Part shown: positions 20,297 to 29,098 of the stretch, piece after piece | Numbering within the stretch: the first letter of the stretch is position 1 | Layout: every line of letters starts with the position of its first letter | NCBI RefSeq assembly: GCF_001278055.1 | Contig: NZ_CP010802.1 | Coordinates: 3,912,189 to 3,944,188, forward strand | Source of the DNA: Desulfuromonas soudanensis | Lineage (GTDB): Bacteria; Desulfobacterota; Desulfuromonadia; Desulfuromonadales; WTL | Length of the DNA stretch: 32,000 nucleotides | Reading direction: 5' to 3' | The notes under the pieces: generated by a model | Databases searched by the model: none | Seen by the model: only the letters and a program-made list of their open reading frames with translations | What the model was told of the DNA's origin: nothing | Position numbers and translations under genes: made by a program

Positions 20297-20954
20297 CCGG
20301 GCGTCCCTCCGCCGCCCCGGCCAAAATCGGTGCGGCAAAGCGCGCCGTCGCCGAATCCGGGGAGCGCCGAAGGAAGCGCTCCAGCGATGGCCGGTCATCG
20401 ATGTCCTCCCACGCTCCCACCTCCAGGTAGGAAAGACCGCAGGCCTCGGCCCGCGCCCGGGTTTCCGAAAGGACTGCGGCGGTACTCCAGGGGATCTGGC
20501 GGAAGAGCTCTGGATGATGGCGGCGCTCCCCGATGAGCACATAGCCGCCGTCCCGGGCAGGGATGGTCACCACCTCGGCCCGGGAGAGCGCGGAGAGGGC
20601 CTCTTTGACCAGGGTCGCCGGGAGGTCCGGACTGTCCGATCCGACCAGGGCCGCCCCCTCCCCTGCGCCCAGAAGGGCGCCAAGGGCCCGGGACAGGCGC
20701 ATCCCGAGATCCCCCGGGCCCTGGGAGACGAGCGGCACCTGCGGAAAGGCGGTACGGAAGTACTCGGGATCTCCGGCATAGAAGATCACCGGCGAAAAGG
20801 ACCCCCCGGACAGGGCTTCGACCGTCTCCTTAAGGGAAAGGCGATAAAGTTCCGCGGCCTGTGTCGCCGACAGGGGGGGAGTGAGGCGGGTCTTCACCTT
20901 CCCCGGCAGCGGCTCCTTGGCGAAGATCCCCAGGAGTATTTTTTTCTCATCCAT
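20250..20954 (-). CDS. DUF2064 / TIGR04282-family glycosyltransferase-like protein
   Basis: The sequences LLGIFAKEPLPGKVKTRL, GDLGMRL, LVGSDSPDL, ARDGGYVLIG and IPWSTAAVL match the DUF2064 pattern. The start is uncertain between ATG 20954 (MDEKKILL) and GTG 20990. The 3' end overlaps the convergent gene 19574..20296 by 47 nt. Confidence 0.7.
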   Translation of the reverse strand: MDEKKILLGIFAKEPLPGKVKTRLTPPLSATQAAELYRLSLKETVEALSGGSFSPVIFYAGDPEYFRTAFPQVPLVSQGPGDLGMRLSRALGALLGAGEGAALVGSDSPDLPATLVKEALSALSRAEVVTIPARDGGYVLIGERRHHPELFRQIPWSTAAVLSETRARAEACGLSYLEVGAWEDIDDRPSLERFLRRSPDSATARFAAPILAGAAEGRPVIRGEGGAAADRPGG

Positions 20955-21000
20955 CCGCAACTTATCCACCGTTTCCACAGACTTGTCCACAGCAGGCGTT

Positions 21001-21780
21001 TTACCGCCGGTCCCTTTCCACGAGGGCGAAGGCCGAATGGTTGTGGATCGATTCGAAGTTCTCGCACTCGACCTTGAACCAGACGATCTCGGGAACCTCG
21101 CTCAGACGCTCCGTCACCCCTCGGACCAGATCTTCGACAAACATCGGATTGTCGTAGGCCTGCTCGGTGACCGCCTTTTCGTCCTCGCGCTTAAGGAGGG
21201 AATAGACCGGGGCGCTGGCGCAGGACTCCACCCAGGCGATGAGATCCTCCAGCCAGATGTGCCCGGTATAGCGAATCTGTACGCTGATGGCGCTGCGCTG
21301 GTTGTGGGCGCCACGGGCGCTGATCTCCTTGGAGCAGGGGCACAGGGAGGTGACGGGAACGGTCACGCCGAGCACGAAATCGGACTCCTTGCCGAGGGAA
21401 CCGGTCATCCGGCACTGGTATTCCATGAGGCCGCGCGAGCCGGAAACCGGCGCCGTTTTCTCGATGAAATAGGGGAACTCCATCTCCAGGTGGGCACTGG
21501 AGGCCTCCAGGCGCTCCTTCATCTCCACGAGAATGGTGTCGAGACTCTCGATGCTGATTTCGCCGTGGTACTGGTTGAGAATTTCGATGAAGCGGCTCAT
21601 GTGGGTCCCCTTGAAGTGGTGGGGGAGGTCCACATACATGTTGATCCGGGCCACGGTGTGCTGATGGACCTTGCTCCTGTCCATGACGACGATCGGATAG
21701 CGGATATCCTTGACGCCGACCTTGTCGATGGCGATATTGCGGCTGTCGAGGGATTTCTGCAGGTCAGGCATGACGGTCAT
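21001..21780 (-). CDS. folE2: GTP cyclohydrolase FolE2 (type IB, MptA/FolE2 family)
   Basis: The sequences DKVGVKDIRYPIVV, FKGTHMSRF, VTSLCPCSKEIS..GAHNQRS and ENFESIHNHSAFA are characteristic of GCYH-IB. The protein is 259 aa. Confidence 0.88.
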   Translation of the reverse strand: MTVMPDLQKSLDSRNIAIDKVGVKDIRYPIVVMDRSKVHQHTVARINMYVDLPHHFKGTHMSRFIEILNQYHGEISIESLDTILVEMKERLEASSAHLEMEFPYFIEKTAPVSGSRGLMEYQCRMTGSLGKESDFVLGVTVPVTSLCPCSKEISARGAHNQRSAISVQIRYTGHIWLEDLIAWVESCASAPVYSLLKREDEKAVTEQAYDNPMFVEDLVRGVTERLSEVPEIVWFKVECENFESIHNHSAFALVERDRR

Positions 21781-21834
21781 GTTTTTTTCCCCGGGAAAAT
21801 GTTGCTGAAGGCGAAAAAAGGCGGGCGGGTTGTT

Positions 21835-22515
21835 CTAACGGAGATAGGCGGCCGGGTCGGCCATCCCGATCTCGGCAAAACCCTTGAGTCGCAGGACACA
21901 GGAATCGCATTCGCCGCAGGCCAATCCCTCGGGGGTCGGGTCGTAGCAGGAATGGGTCAGGGCGTAATCGACCCCGAGAGCCAGCCCCCTGCGGATAATT
22001 TCCCCCTTGCTCTGGGCGATGAGCGGCGTGTGGATGAGGTAGCGTCCCTCCCCCTCGACCGCCGCTTTGGTGGCGAGGTTGGCCATCGCCTCGAAGGCGG
22101 CGATATATTCGGGGCGGCAGTCCGGATAGCCGGAGTAGTCGAGGGCATTGACGCCGATGTAAATGTCGAAGGCGCCGAGGACCTCGGCCCAGGCGAGGGC
22201 GAAGGAGAGAAAAATCGTGTTGCGCGCCGGGACATAGGTCACCGGGATCGATGCGTCGATGTCGCGCCCCTTGGGGACGGCCGCGTCACTGGTCAGGGCG
22301 CTGCCGCCGATGCGCCGCAGGTCGATCTCCACCAGCTGGTGTTCCGCGGCGCCGATCAGGGGGGCGTTATGGCGGGCTTTTTCAATCTCGATGGAGTGGC
22401 GCTGGCCATAGGCGAAGCTCATGGCGTAGGGGGTAAATCCTTCGGCGCGGGCGATCGCAAGACAGGTGGTGGAGTCGAGTCCGCCGCTGTAGAGGATGAC
22501 GGCTTTCTTGCTCAT
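21835..22515 (-). CDS. queC: 7-cyano-7-deazaguanine (preQ0) synthase QueC
   Basis: A PP-loop is present ([13 protein letters not shown]). The C-terminal zinc-Cys cluster reads SCYDP...[10 protein letters not shown]. The protein is 226 aa. Confidence 0.92.
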   Translation of the reverse strand: MSKKAVILYSGGLDSTTCLAIARAEGFTPYAMSFAYGQRHSIEIEKARHNAPLIGAAEHQLVEIDLRRIGGSALTSDAAVPKGRDIDASIPVTYVPARNTIFLSFALAWAEVLGAFDIYIGVNALDYSGYPDCRPEYIAAFEAMANLATKAAVEGEGRYLIHTPLIAQSKGEIIRRGLALGVDYALTHSCYDPTPEGLACGECDSCVLRLKGFAEIGMADPAAYLR

Positions 22516-22562
22516 GGCTTGATTTCCTTATTCGGGCCGGTGGCGCACTGCGACCCGGCGGG

Positions 22563-24011
<1,449 letters not shown>

Positions 24012-24038
24012 GACGCCTCCTGACCGGGAAGCCCCGGT

Positions 24039-24065
24039 AAAAAGCCCTCTTCGGGGCGGAAGAGG
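24039..24065 (-). terminator. Candidate rho-independent terminator after the small cytochrome gene
   Basis: The minus strand reads CCTCTTC-CGCCCC-GAAGAGG (7-bp stem), then GC and TTTTT. The element ends about 27 nt upstream of the pyk ATG. Confidence 0.5.
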
Positions 24066-24094
24066 ATTGCGTTCCGAACCCCTGGGCGCAAGGC

Positions 24095-24418
24095 CTAGTG
24101 GTGGTAGCGCCCCTGGCGCTCGGCATGGGCCTTGTCGGGTCCCTTGTGACAGCGAAAACAGCGCTCTTCCGTCACCTTCTGCTGTTCCAGCGGCGAGGAA
24201 TCGCCGGGCATGACTGCAGCGGGAGTCTGCCAGGAATATTTTCCCGTCTCGTCCGTAAGTGTCACCGGTGCATAGGCCAGCTGCCAGTTGGCGCTGATCG
24301 CCTGGGTGTGGCAGCTGTCACACCCTCCGGGAGGGGGTATCGACTTCCAGGATGCGAACATGGTGCATCCCCAGCCGCAGAAAACGATCAGGGAGACAAG
24401 TAGGAGCGTTTTCTTCAT
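24095..24418 (-). CDS. Small secreted di-heme c-type cytochrome (two CxxCH motifs)
   Basis: It has a hydrophobic signal peptide (MKKTLLLVSLIVFCGWGC) and two heme-attachment motifs, CDSCH and CFRCH. AGGAGA lies 9 nt upstream of ATG 24418. Confidence 0.7.
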   Translation of the reverse strand: MKKTLLLVSLIVFCGWGCTMFASWKSIPPPGGCDSCHTQAISANWQLAYAPVTLTDETGKYSWQTPAAVMPGDSSPLEQQKVTEERCFRCHKGPDKAHAERQGRYHH

Positions 24419-24621
24419 CAATGACGATCTCCTGTGGATGGGACCCGGCCCCGGAACGGCGTGGAACTGCCGTCGGGGAGGGAAAAATTGTTTTGAACCA
24501 AGGATTTTACCCGGTCACTATAGCACAGGGGCAGAGGCCGGCAAACGGCAAAACGGTTGCCGGTCTCCACCGAATTGTGGTATTAATTGATTCTTTTACC
24601 AAGGGAGCACTTGAAGCTACC

Positions 24622-27012
24622 ATGACTATACCTAAGCCGTTGCGCATCCTCCTGCTGTCCGGAGGCGCCCTGGCCCTGGTCGGAATTCTGACCGGGGCCG
24701 GTGCCTACCTCTATGTTTCCCGAACCCTGCCACGGGTCGATACCCTGGCCGACTACCGTCCGCCGATCATCACCCGGGTCTACAGCGAGGACGGAGCGAT
24801 CATCGCCGAATTCTACAAGGAGCGACGCATCGTCGTCCCCGTAGCCACCATGCCGCGGCAGCTCATCGAGGCCTTCGTCGCCGCCGAAGATTCCAACTTT
24901 TTCCAGCACCAGGGGATCGACCTCCCCTCCATCCTCCGCGCCGCCCTCAAGAACCTGAAAGCCGGAGGGATCGTCCAAGGGGGGAGCACCATAACCCAGC
25001 AGGTGGCCAAAAGCCTCCTTCTTTCCCCGGAGAAGAAATTCGAGAGAAAATTCAAGGAAGCGATTCTCGCCCGGCGCATGGAGAAAAAACTCTCCAAGGA
25101 CGATATCCTCTACCTCTACCTCAACCAGATCTATCTCGGCCACGGGGCCTACGGGGTCCAGGCGGCGGCAGAAAACTATTTCGACAAAAACATAGAGGAC
25201 CTCACGCTCGGCGAACTGTCCCTCCTCGCCGGACTTCCCCAGGCCCCGAGCCGTTACTCCCCCTACCGCCACCTGGATCGCGCCAAGGAGCGCCAGAAAT
25301 ACGTCCTCGGCCGCATGGTCGAGGAGGGGTACATCACCAACGACCAGGCGACCGCGGCCATGGCGGAGACCCTGGTCATTCACCCCCGGGTGAACACCCA
25401 CATCACCGAAGCCGCCTACTTCACCGAACAGGTTCGCCGCTACCTCGAGGAAACCTTCGGGGAGGACCGCCTCTATACCGCCGGCCTGGAGATTCAGACC
25501 ACCATGAATCTCTCCATGCAGCAGGAGGCGCAAAAGGCCGTCCGCGAAAATCTGCGCGCTCACGACAAGCGCCAGGGTTTCCGAGGCCCTCTCCGGGTCC
25601 TCCACGGCGAAGAGGCCGAAACCTTTCTCGCCGAACAGACCTCGGCCTTCAGCGAGACCCCGCCGGAGGCCGGTGCCTATTTCGACGCCCTTCTGACCGG
25701 TGCCACCAAGGAGGGCCTCTCTCTGCAGCTCGGGTCCTTCCGGGGACAGATCCCCGCTGAACTGAGCCGGTGGGCCGGGTCCCTGCGCGTCATTTCCGCC
25801 ACCGCCACTCCGACCTCTGTCTCTCAACTCCCCATCGGCTCCGTTCTCCAGGTGCGGGTCCAGGAAGTTCGCCCCGACGGCTCACTCCTTCTGGCCCTCG
25901 ACCAGGAACCCCTCGCCCAGGGGGCGCTGATCGCCCTCGACCCTCGCAACGGCGAAGTCAAGGCGATGATCGGCGGATACGATTTCACCAGGAGCCAGTT
26001 CAACCGGGTGATTCAGGCCCACCGTCTCCCCGGCTCGGCCTTCAAACCGCTGATCTACGCGGCCGCCCTCGACAAGGGATACACCCCCGGTACCGTCCTC
26101 CTCGATACGCCTTTGATTTTCAAGGAAAAATCCGGCGCCGGGGAGGAAACGGAATGGAAACCGAAGAACTACGGCGACAAGTTCTACGGCGCCACCTCTC
26201 TGCGCACCGCCTTGACGCACTCGCACAACGTCATCACCATCCGGGTGCTCGAGGATATCGGCGTCGGCTACGCCGCCAACTACGCTCACAAGCTGGGTAT
26301 CGTCTCGCCGATGGACAAGGACCTGACCCTGGCCCTTGGATCCTCGGCACTCACCCCCCTCGAACTCGCCACCGCCTACAGCGTCTTCGCCAATGGCGGT
26401 GTCCGCCTCGCCCCGACCTACATCACCCGGATTCTCGACCGGGACGGCCAGGTCCTCGAATCGACGGATCCCGCCGATTTTCCCGATGGAATCGGCCCCG
26501 GACAAAAACTCATCCGTCAGTCCCCCGAACGGGTGATCTCCCCGGAAACGGCCTATCTGATTTCCAATCTGATGGAGAGCGTGGTGCAAAACGGCACCGG
26601 CTGGCGCGCCAAGGCGCTGCACCGTCCCGTCGCCGCCAAAACCGGCACCACCAACGACCTCAAGGACGCCTGGTTCGCCGGTTACGTCCCTCAACTGGCG
26701 GCCGTCTCCTGGGTCGGCTACGATCAGGAACGCCCTCTCGGCGAGGACGAGACAGGCTCCAAGGCGGCGGCCCCGGCCTGGGTTGATTTCATGACGGCTG
26801 CCGTGGCCAATTTCGAACCCCTGGAATTCCCGGTTCCCGACTCCATCGAGTTTCGCGCCATCGATCCCCAGACCGGCCTTCTGGCTCCCGAAGATAACGC
26901 CGACTCCATCATTGAAGTTTTTGCCCCCGGGACCGCGCCAACCCATTACGCCCTCGACGACAAGAAGCCCCGGGCCCGGGACTTCTTTAAACTCGACATG
27001 GAAGACCGCTGA
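24622..27012 (+). CDS. mrcA: Bifunctional class A penicillin-binding protein PBP1A (transglycosylase/transpeptidase)
   Basis: I trimmed track ORF 24352..27012 to MTIPKPLRILLLSGGALALVG (ATG 24622). The glycosyltransferase motifs EDSNFFQHQGID, GGSTITQQ and RKFKEA are present. The transpeptidase motifs are SAFKP (SxxK), SHN (SxN) and KTGTT. Confidence 0.93.
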   Translation: MTIPKPLRILLLSGGALALVGILTGAGAYLYVSRTLPRVDTLADYRPPIITRVYSEDGAIIAEFYKERRIVVPVATMPRQLIEAFVAAEDSNFFQHQGIDLPSILRAALKNLKAGGIVQGGSTITQQVAKSLLLSPEKKFERKFKEAILARRMEKKLSKDDILYLYLNQIYLGHGAYGVQAAAENYFDKNIEDLTLGELSLLAGLPQAPSRYSPYRHLDRAKERQKYVLGRMVEEGYITNDQATAAMAETLVIHPRVNTHITEAAYFTEQVRRYLEETFGEDRLYTAGLEIQTTMNLSMQQEAQKAVRENLRAHDKRQGFRGPLRVLHGEEAETFLAEQTSAFSETPPEAGAYFDALLTGATKEGLSLQLGSFRGQIPAELSRWAGSLRVISATATPTSVSQLPIGSVLQVRVQEVRPDGSLLLALDQEPLAQGALIALDPRNGEVKAMIGGYDFTRSQFNRVIQAHRLPGSAFKPLIYAAALDKGYTPGTVLLDTPLIFKEKSGAGEETEWKPKNYGDKFYGATSLRTALTHSHNVITIRVLEDIGVGYAANYAHKLGIVSPMDKDLTLALGSSALTPLELATAYSVFANGGVRLAPTYITRILDRDGQVLESTDPADFPDGIGPGQKLIRQSPERVISPETAYLISNLMESVVQNGTGWRAKALHRPVAAKTGTTNDLKDAWFAGYVPQLAAVSWVGYDQERPLGEDETGSKAAAPAWVDFMTAAVANFEPLEFPVPDSIEFRAIDPQTGLLAPEDNADSIIEVFAPGTAPTHYALDDKKPRARDFFKLDMEDR

Positions 27013-27027
27013 TCCCCCTCCCTCCCC

Positions 27028-27062
27028 AAAAAAAACCCGGCGCGCCCGGAAGGGCCGCCGGG
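27028..27062 (-). terminator. Rho-independent terminator after the GntR regulator gene (minus-strand orientation)
   Basis: An 11-bp GC stem with one bulge (27036-27047 with 27052-62, GGAA loop on the plus strand) is followed on the minus strand by a T8 run (A8 at 27028-27035 on the plus strand). Confidence 0.75.
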
Positions 27063-27099
27063 TCAGATCCTGCTCCCCGTTGAACTTCATCCACCTCGG

Positions 27100-27810
27100 T
27101 CAGACGTCGATGGATCGTCGCAACACCGATTTTTCGACGCGACGCCCCTCTTCCTTGGCCAGACTCTGGATCAGAACCTGCCCGCCGTAGGCGGCGGTCT
27201 TGCGCACCAGGTTGTCAGCCCGTTCACCGTCGTGGGCCTTGAAGGCTTCAATGATCTTGTGGTGCTCCTGAACGGAAATTTCCATCCGACCCGGCAGCGC
27301 CAGGGAGGCCATGCGCGGCCGGTTGAACTTCATCATCAGGTGACTGATCAGATCGAAGAGCTTTTCGTTTCCCGCCGCACGAATGAAGAGTTCGTGGAAC
27401 TCGTTGTGCACACGGAAAAAGGTTTTCACATCGCCGTCCCGGGCGAGCTGTTCCAGCCGATTGTTGATTCCCTCGAGACGTTCGATGTCGCGATCGGTCA
27501 GCCGTTCTGCGGCAATGCGCGCGGCATACCCTTCGAGAATGCTTTTGATGGCATAAAACTCCTCCACATCCCGTTCGGACAGGGACGTCACCACCGCCCC
27601 CTTGCGGGGGATGACGGTCAGGTATCCCTCCGACTCCAGCTGCCGAAAGGCCTCCCGAATCGGGGTGCGGCTGATCCCGAAGCGCTCGGCAAGTTCGGGC
27701 TCGGCCACCTTCTCCCCCGGCTTGAGCGAACCCTTGAGAATCGCTTCGCGTATTGTTTCCAGTATCTTCTCTCGCAGGGTCTGGTGGCGTTCGATCGGCT
27801 TTCTTCGCAA
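27100..27810 (-). CDS. GntR-family transcriptional regulator, FadR subfamily (winged HTH plus FCD domain)
   Basis: The wHTH reads EPELAERFGISRTPIREAFRQLESEGYLTVIPRKGAVV. The FCD-like C-terminal region contains conserved His residues (FHELF, EHHKII). The only suitable start is TTG at 27810, with GGAGA 7 nt upstream. Confidence 0.85.
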   Translation of the reverse strand: MRRKPIERHQTLREKILETIREAILKGSLKPGEKVAEPELAERFGISRTPIREAFRQLESEGYLTVIPRKGAVVTSLSERDVEEFYAIKSILEGYAARIAAERLTDRDIERLEGINNRLEQLARDGDVKTFFRVHNEFHELFIRAAGNEKLFDLISHLMMKFNRPRMASLALPGRMEISVQEHHKIIEAFKAHDGERADNLVRKTAAYGGQVLIQSLAKEEGRRVEKSVLRRSIDV

Positions 27811-27842
27811 ACTGGTTTCTCCATAGAGTATATTTTGGTCAA

Positions 27843-27870
27843 ATTGTATACAGTATACATATCATGTCAA
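27843..27870 (-). promoter_or_regulatory. Candidate sigma-70 promoter of the GntR gene with an embedded palindromic operator
   Basis: The minus strand reads TTGACA-16 nt-TACAAT. A perfect 7-1-7 palindrome, TGTATAC-A-GTATACA (27845..27859), occupies the spacer and the -10. It contains two GTATAC cores that fit the GntR-family GT..AC operator logic. Confidence 0.5.
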
Positions 27871-27913
27871 GATTTTTCTCTCCCGCGACCGCGAGCCAAG
27901 TCACCATATCTCC

Positions 27914-27942
27914 TTGATTTTTTTGCTGTGCATCGATAGTAT
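27914..27942 (+). promoter_or_regulatory. Candidate sigma-70 promoter of the channel gene
   Basis: The plus strand reads TTGATT-17 nt-TAGTAT, 28 nt upstream of the ATG at 27971 and inside the most AT-rich stretch of the window. Confidence 0.45.
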
Positions 27943-27970
27943 CTGGATTTTTACCCAGGACTGATAATTT

Positions 27971-28984
27971 ATGGATCCCGTCCGCCATCTCCGTTTTTCC
28001 CTGTCTATTCTTGTCATTGTCGTCGGCTGCGGCACTCTGGGGTATACACTCATCGAGGGCTGGACCCCCTTCGAAGCCCTCTACATGACGGTCATTACCC
28101 TGGCCACCGTCGGCTTCCGCGAGGTCCACGATCTCTCCGACCAGGGGAAGGCCTTCACCATCGCCCTGATTATTTTTGGCGCGGGGATTATCGCCTATGC
28201 GGTGGGGAGTCTCGTCCAGTTCATGGTCGAGGGACAACTGCGGCTCATTCTCGGGAGGAAGAAGTTGGAAAATCAGATCAGCAAACTCCAGGGGCATTAC
28301 ATCATCTGCGGCTACGGGCGGATCGGGACCCTCATCTGCAAGGAATTCCATGCCCGCCCTCTTCCCTTCGTCGTCGTGGAAAAGGACCCGACCCTGGTGG
28401 AAAAACTGGCAGGCGACGGAGTGCTCTACGTACGCGGCGACGCCACCGACGACGACACCCTGATTGCCGCCGGCATCCGCCGCGCCAAGGGGCTGATTAC
28501 CGCTGTGACCTCCGACACGGAAAACGTCTATATTACCCTCACGGCCAGGGGCCTCAACCCCGATCTCTTCATCCTCGCCCGCTCCGGGGAAGAAGGTTCG
28601 GAAAAGAAGCTGCGCCGCGCCGGTGCGACCAAGGTCGTTTCCCCCTATACCATCGGTGCCAGCAGGATGGCCCAGGCCATCCTCCGTCCCTCGGTGGTCG
28701 ATTTCATCGAGATCGCCACGGCCAGCCGAAATCTTGAATTGCAGCTCGAAGAAATCCGGGTCACCCTCAAATCGTCTCTGGTCAACAAGACGCTGGTGAC
28801 CTCGGGGATCCGCCGCGACCTGGGCATAATCATTGTCGGCATCAAGAAGGTCGATGGACAGATGCTGTTCAACCCCCCCCCGTCCATCCTCATCGAAGCG
28901 GGGGATGTTCTCATCACCCTCGGCGAGCCGACAGCGACCCAGAATCTGGAAAACATCGCCGGCGGCTCAACCGGCGATGCATGA
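27971..28984 (+). CDS. Two-TM pore-loop cation channel with cytoplasmic RCK (TrkA-N plus TrkA-C) domains, MthK/Kch-like
   Basis: The architecture is TM1 (LSILVIVVGCGTLGY), a pore helix and filter (FEALYMTVITLATVGFRE) and TM2 (FTIALIIFGAGIIAYAVG). A Rossmann motif follows (YIICGYGRIG), then a TrkA-C-like end (IIVGIKK..GDVLITLG). The filter is non-canonical (see findings). Confidence 0.85.
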   Translation: MDPVRHLRFSLSILVIVVGCGTLGYTLIEGWTPFEALYMTVITLATVGFREVHDLSDQGKAFTIALIIFGAGIIAYAVGSLVQFMVEGQLRLILGRKKLENQISKLQGHYIICGYGRIGTLICKEFHARPLPFVVVEKDPTLVEKLAGDGVLYVRGDATDDDTLIAAGIRRAKGLITAVTSDTENVYITLTARGLNPDLFILARSGEEGSEKKLRRAGATKVVSPYTIGASRMAQAILRPSVVDFIEIATASRNLELQLEEIRVTLKSSLVNKTLVTSGIRRDLGIIIVGIKKVDGQMLFNPPPSILIEAGDVLITLGEPTATQNLENIAGGSTGDA

Positions 28985-29098
28985 CCCCTCCTCTTTTCGC
29001 ATCCCCTTCATCAATCTCCATCCCGGAATGCTCGGCCCGCCGGTTCACCAGGCGACCTGATATCAGAGCCCCCCGGACCCCTCTGGGCCGGAGCCCTG

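Noticed and set aside
22516-22562. A possible preQ1 riboswitch in front of queC.
   Set aside because: The gap is only 47 nt. It has no recognisable preQ1-I/II core and shows only a weak GC hairpin, more consistent with a simple pyk-queC spacer.
24583-27090. Minus-strand ORFs 24583..25827 (414 aa) and 25882..27090 (402 aa) opposite PBP1A, and the off-frame plus-strand ORF 25770..26786.
   Set aside because: The PBP1A frame carries all transglycosylase and transpeptidase motifs. The alternatives are compositionally biased shadows.
29057-29066. The 10-bp palindrome CTGATATCAG and the nearby GC hairpin (about 29073-29091) in the convergent gap between the channel gene and dinB, considered as a bidirectional terminator.
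   Set aside because: No U-run follows on either strand, and the palindrome has no loop. It is too short to separate from chance.
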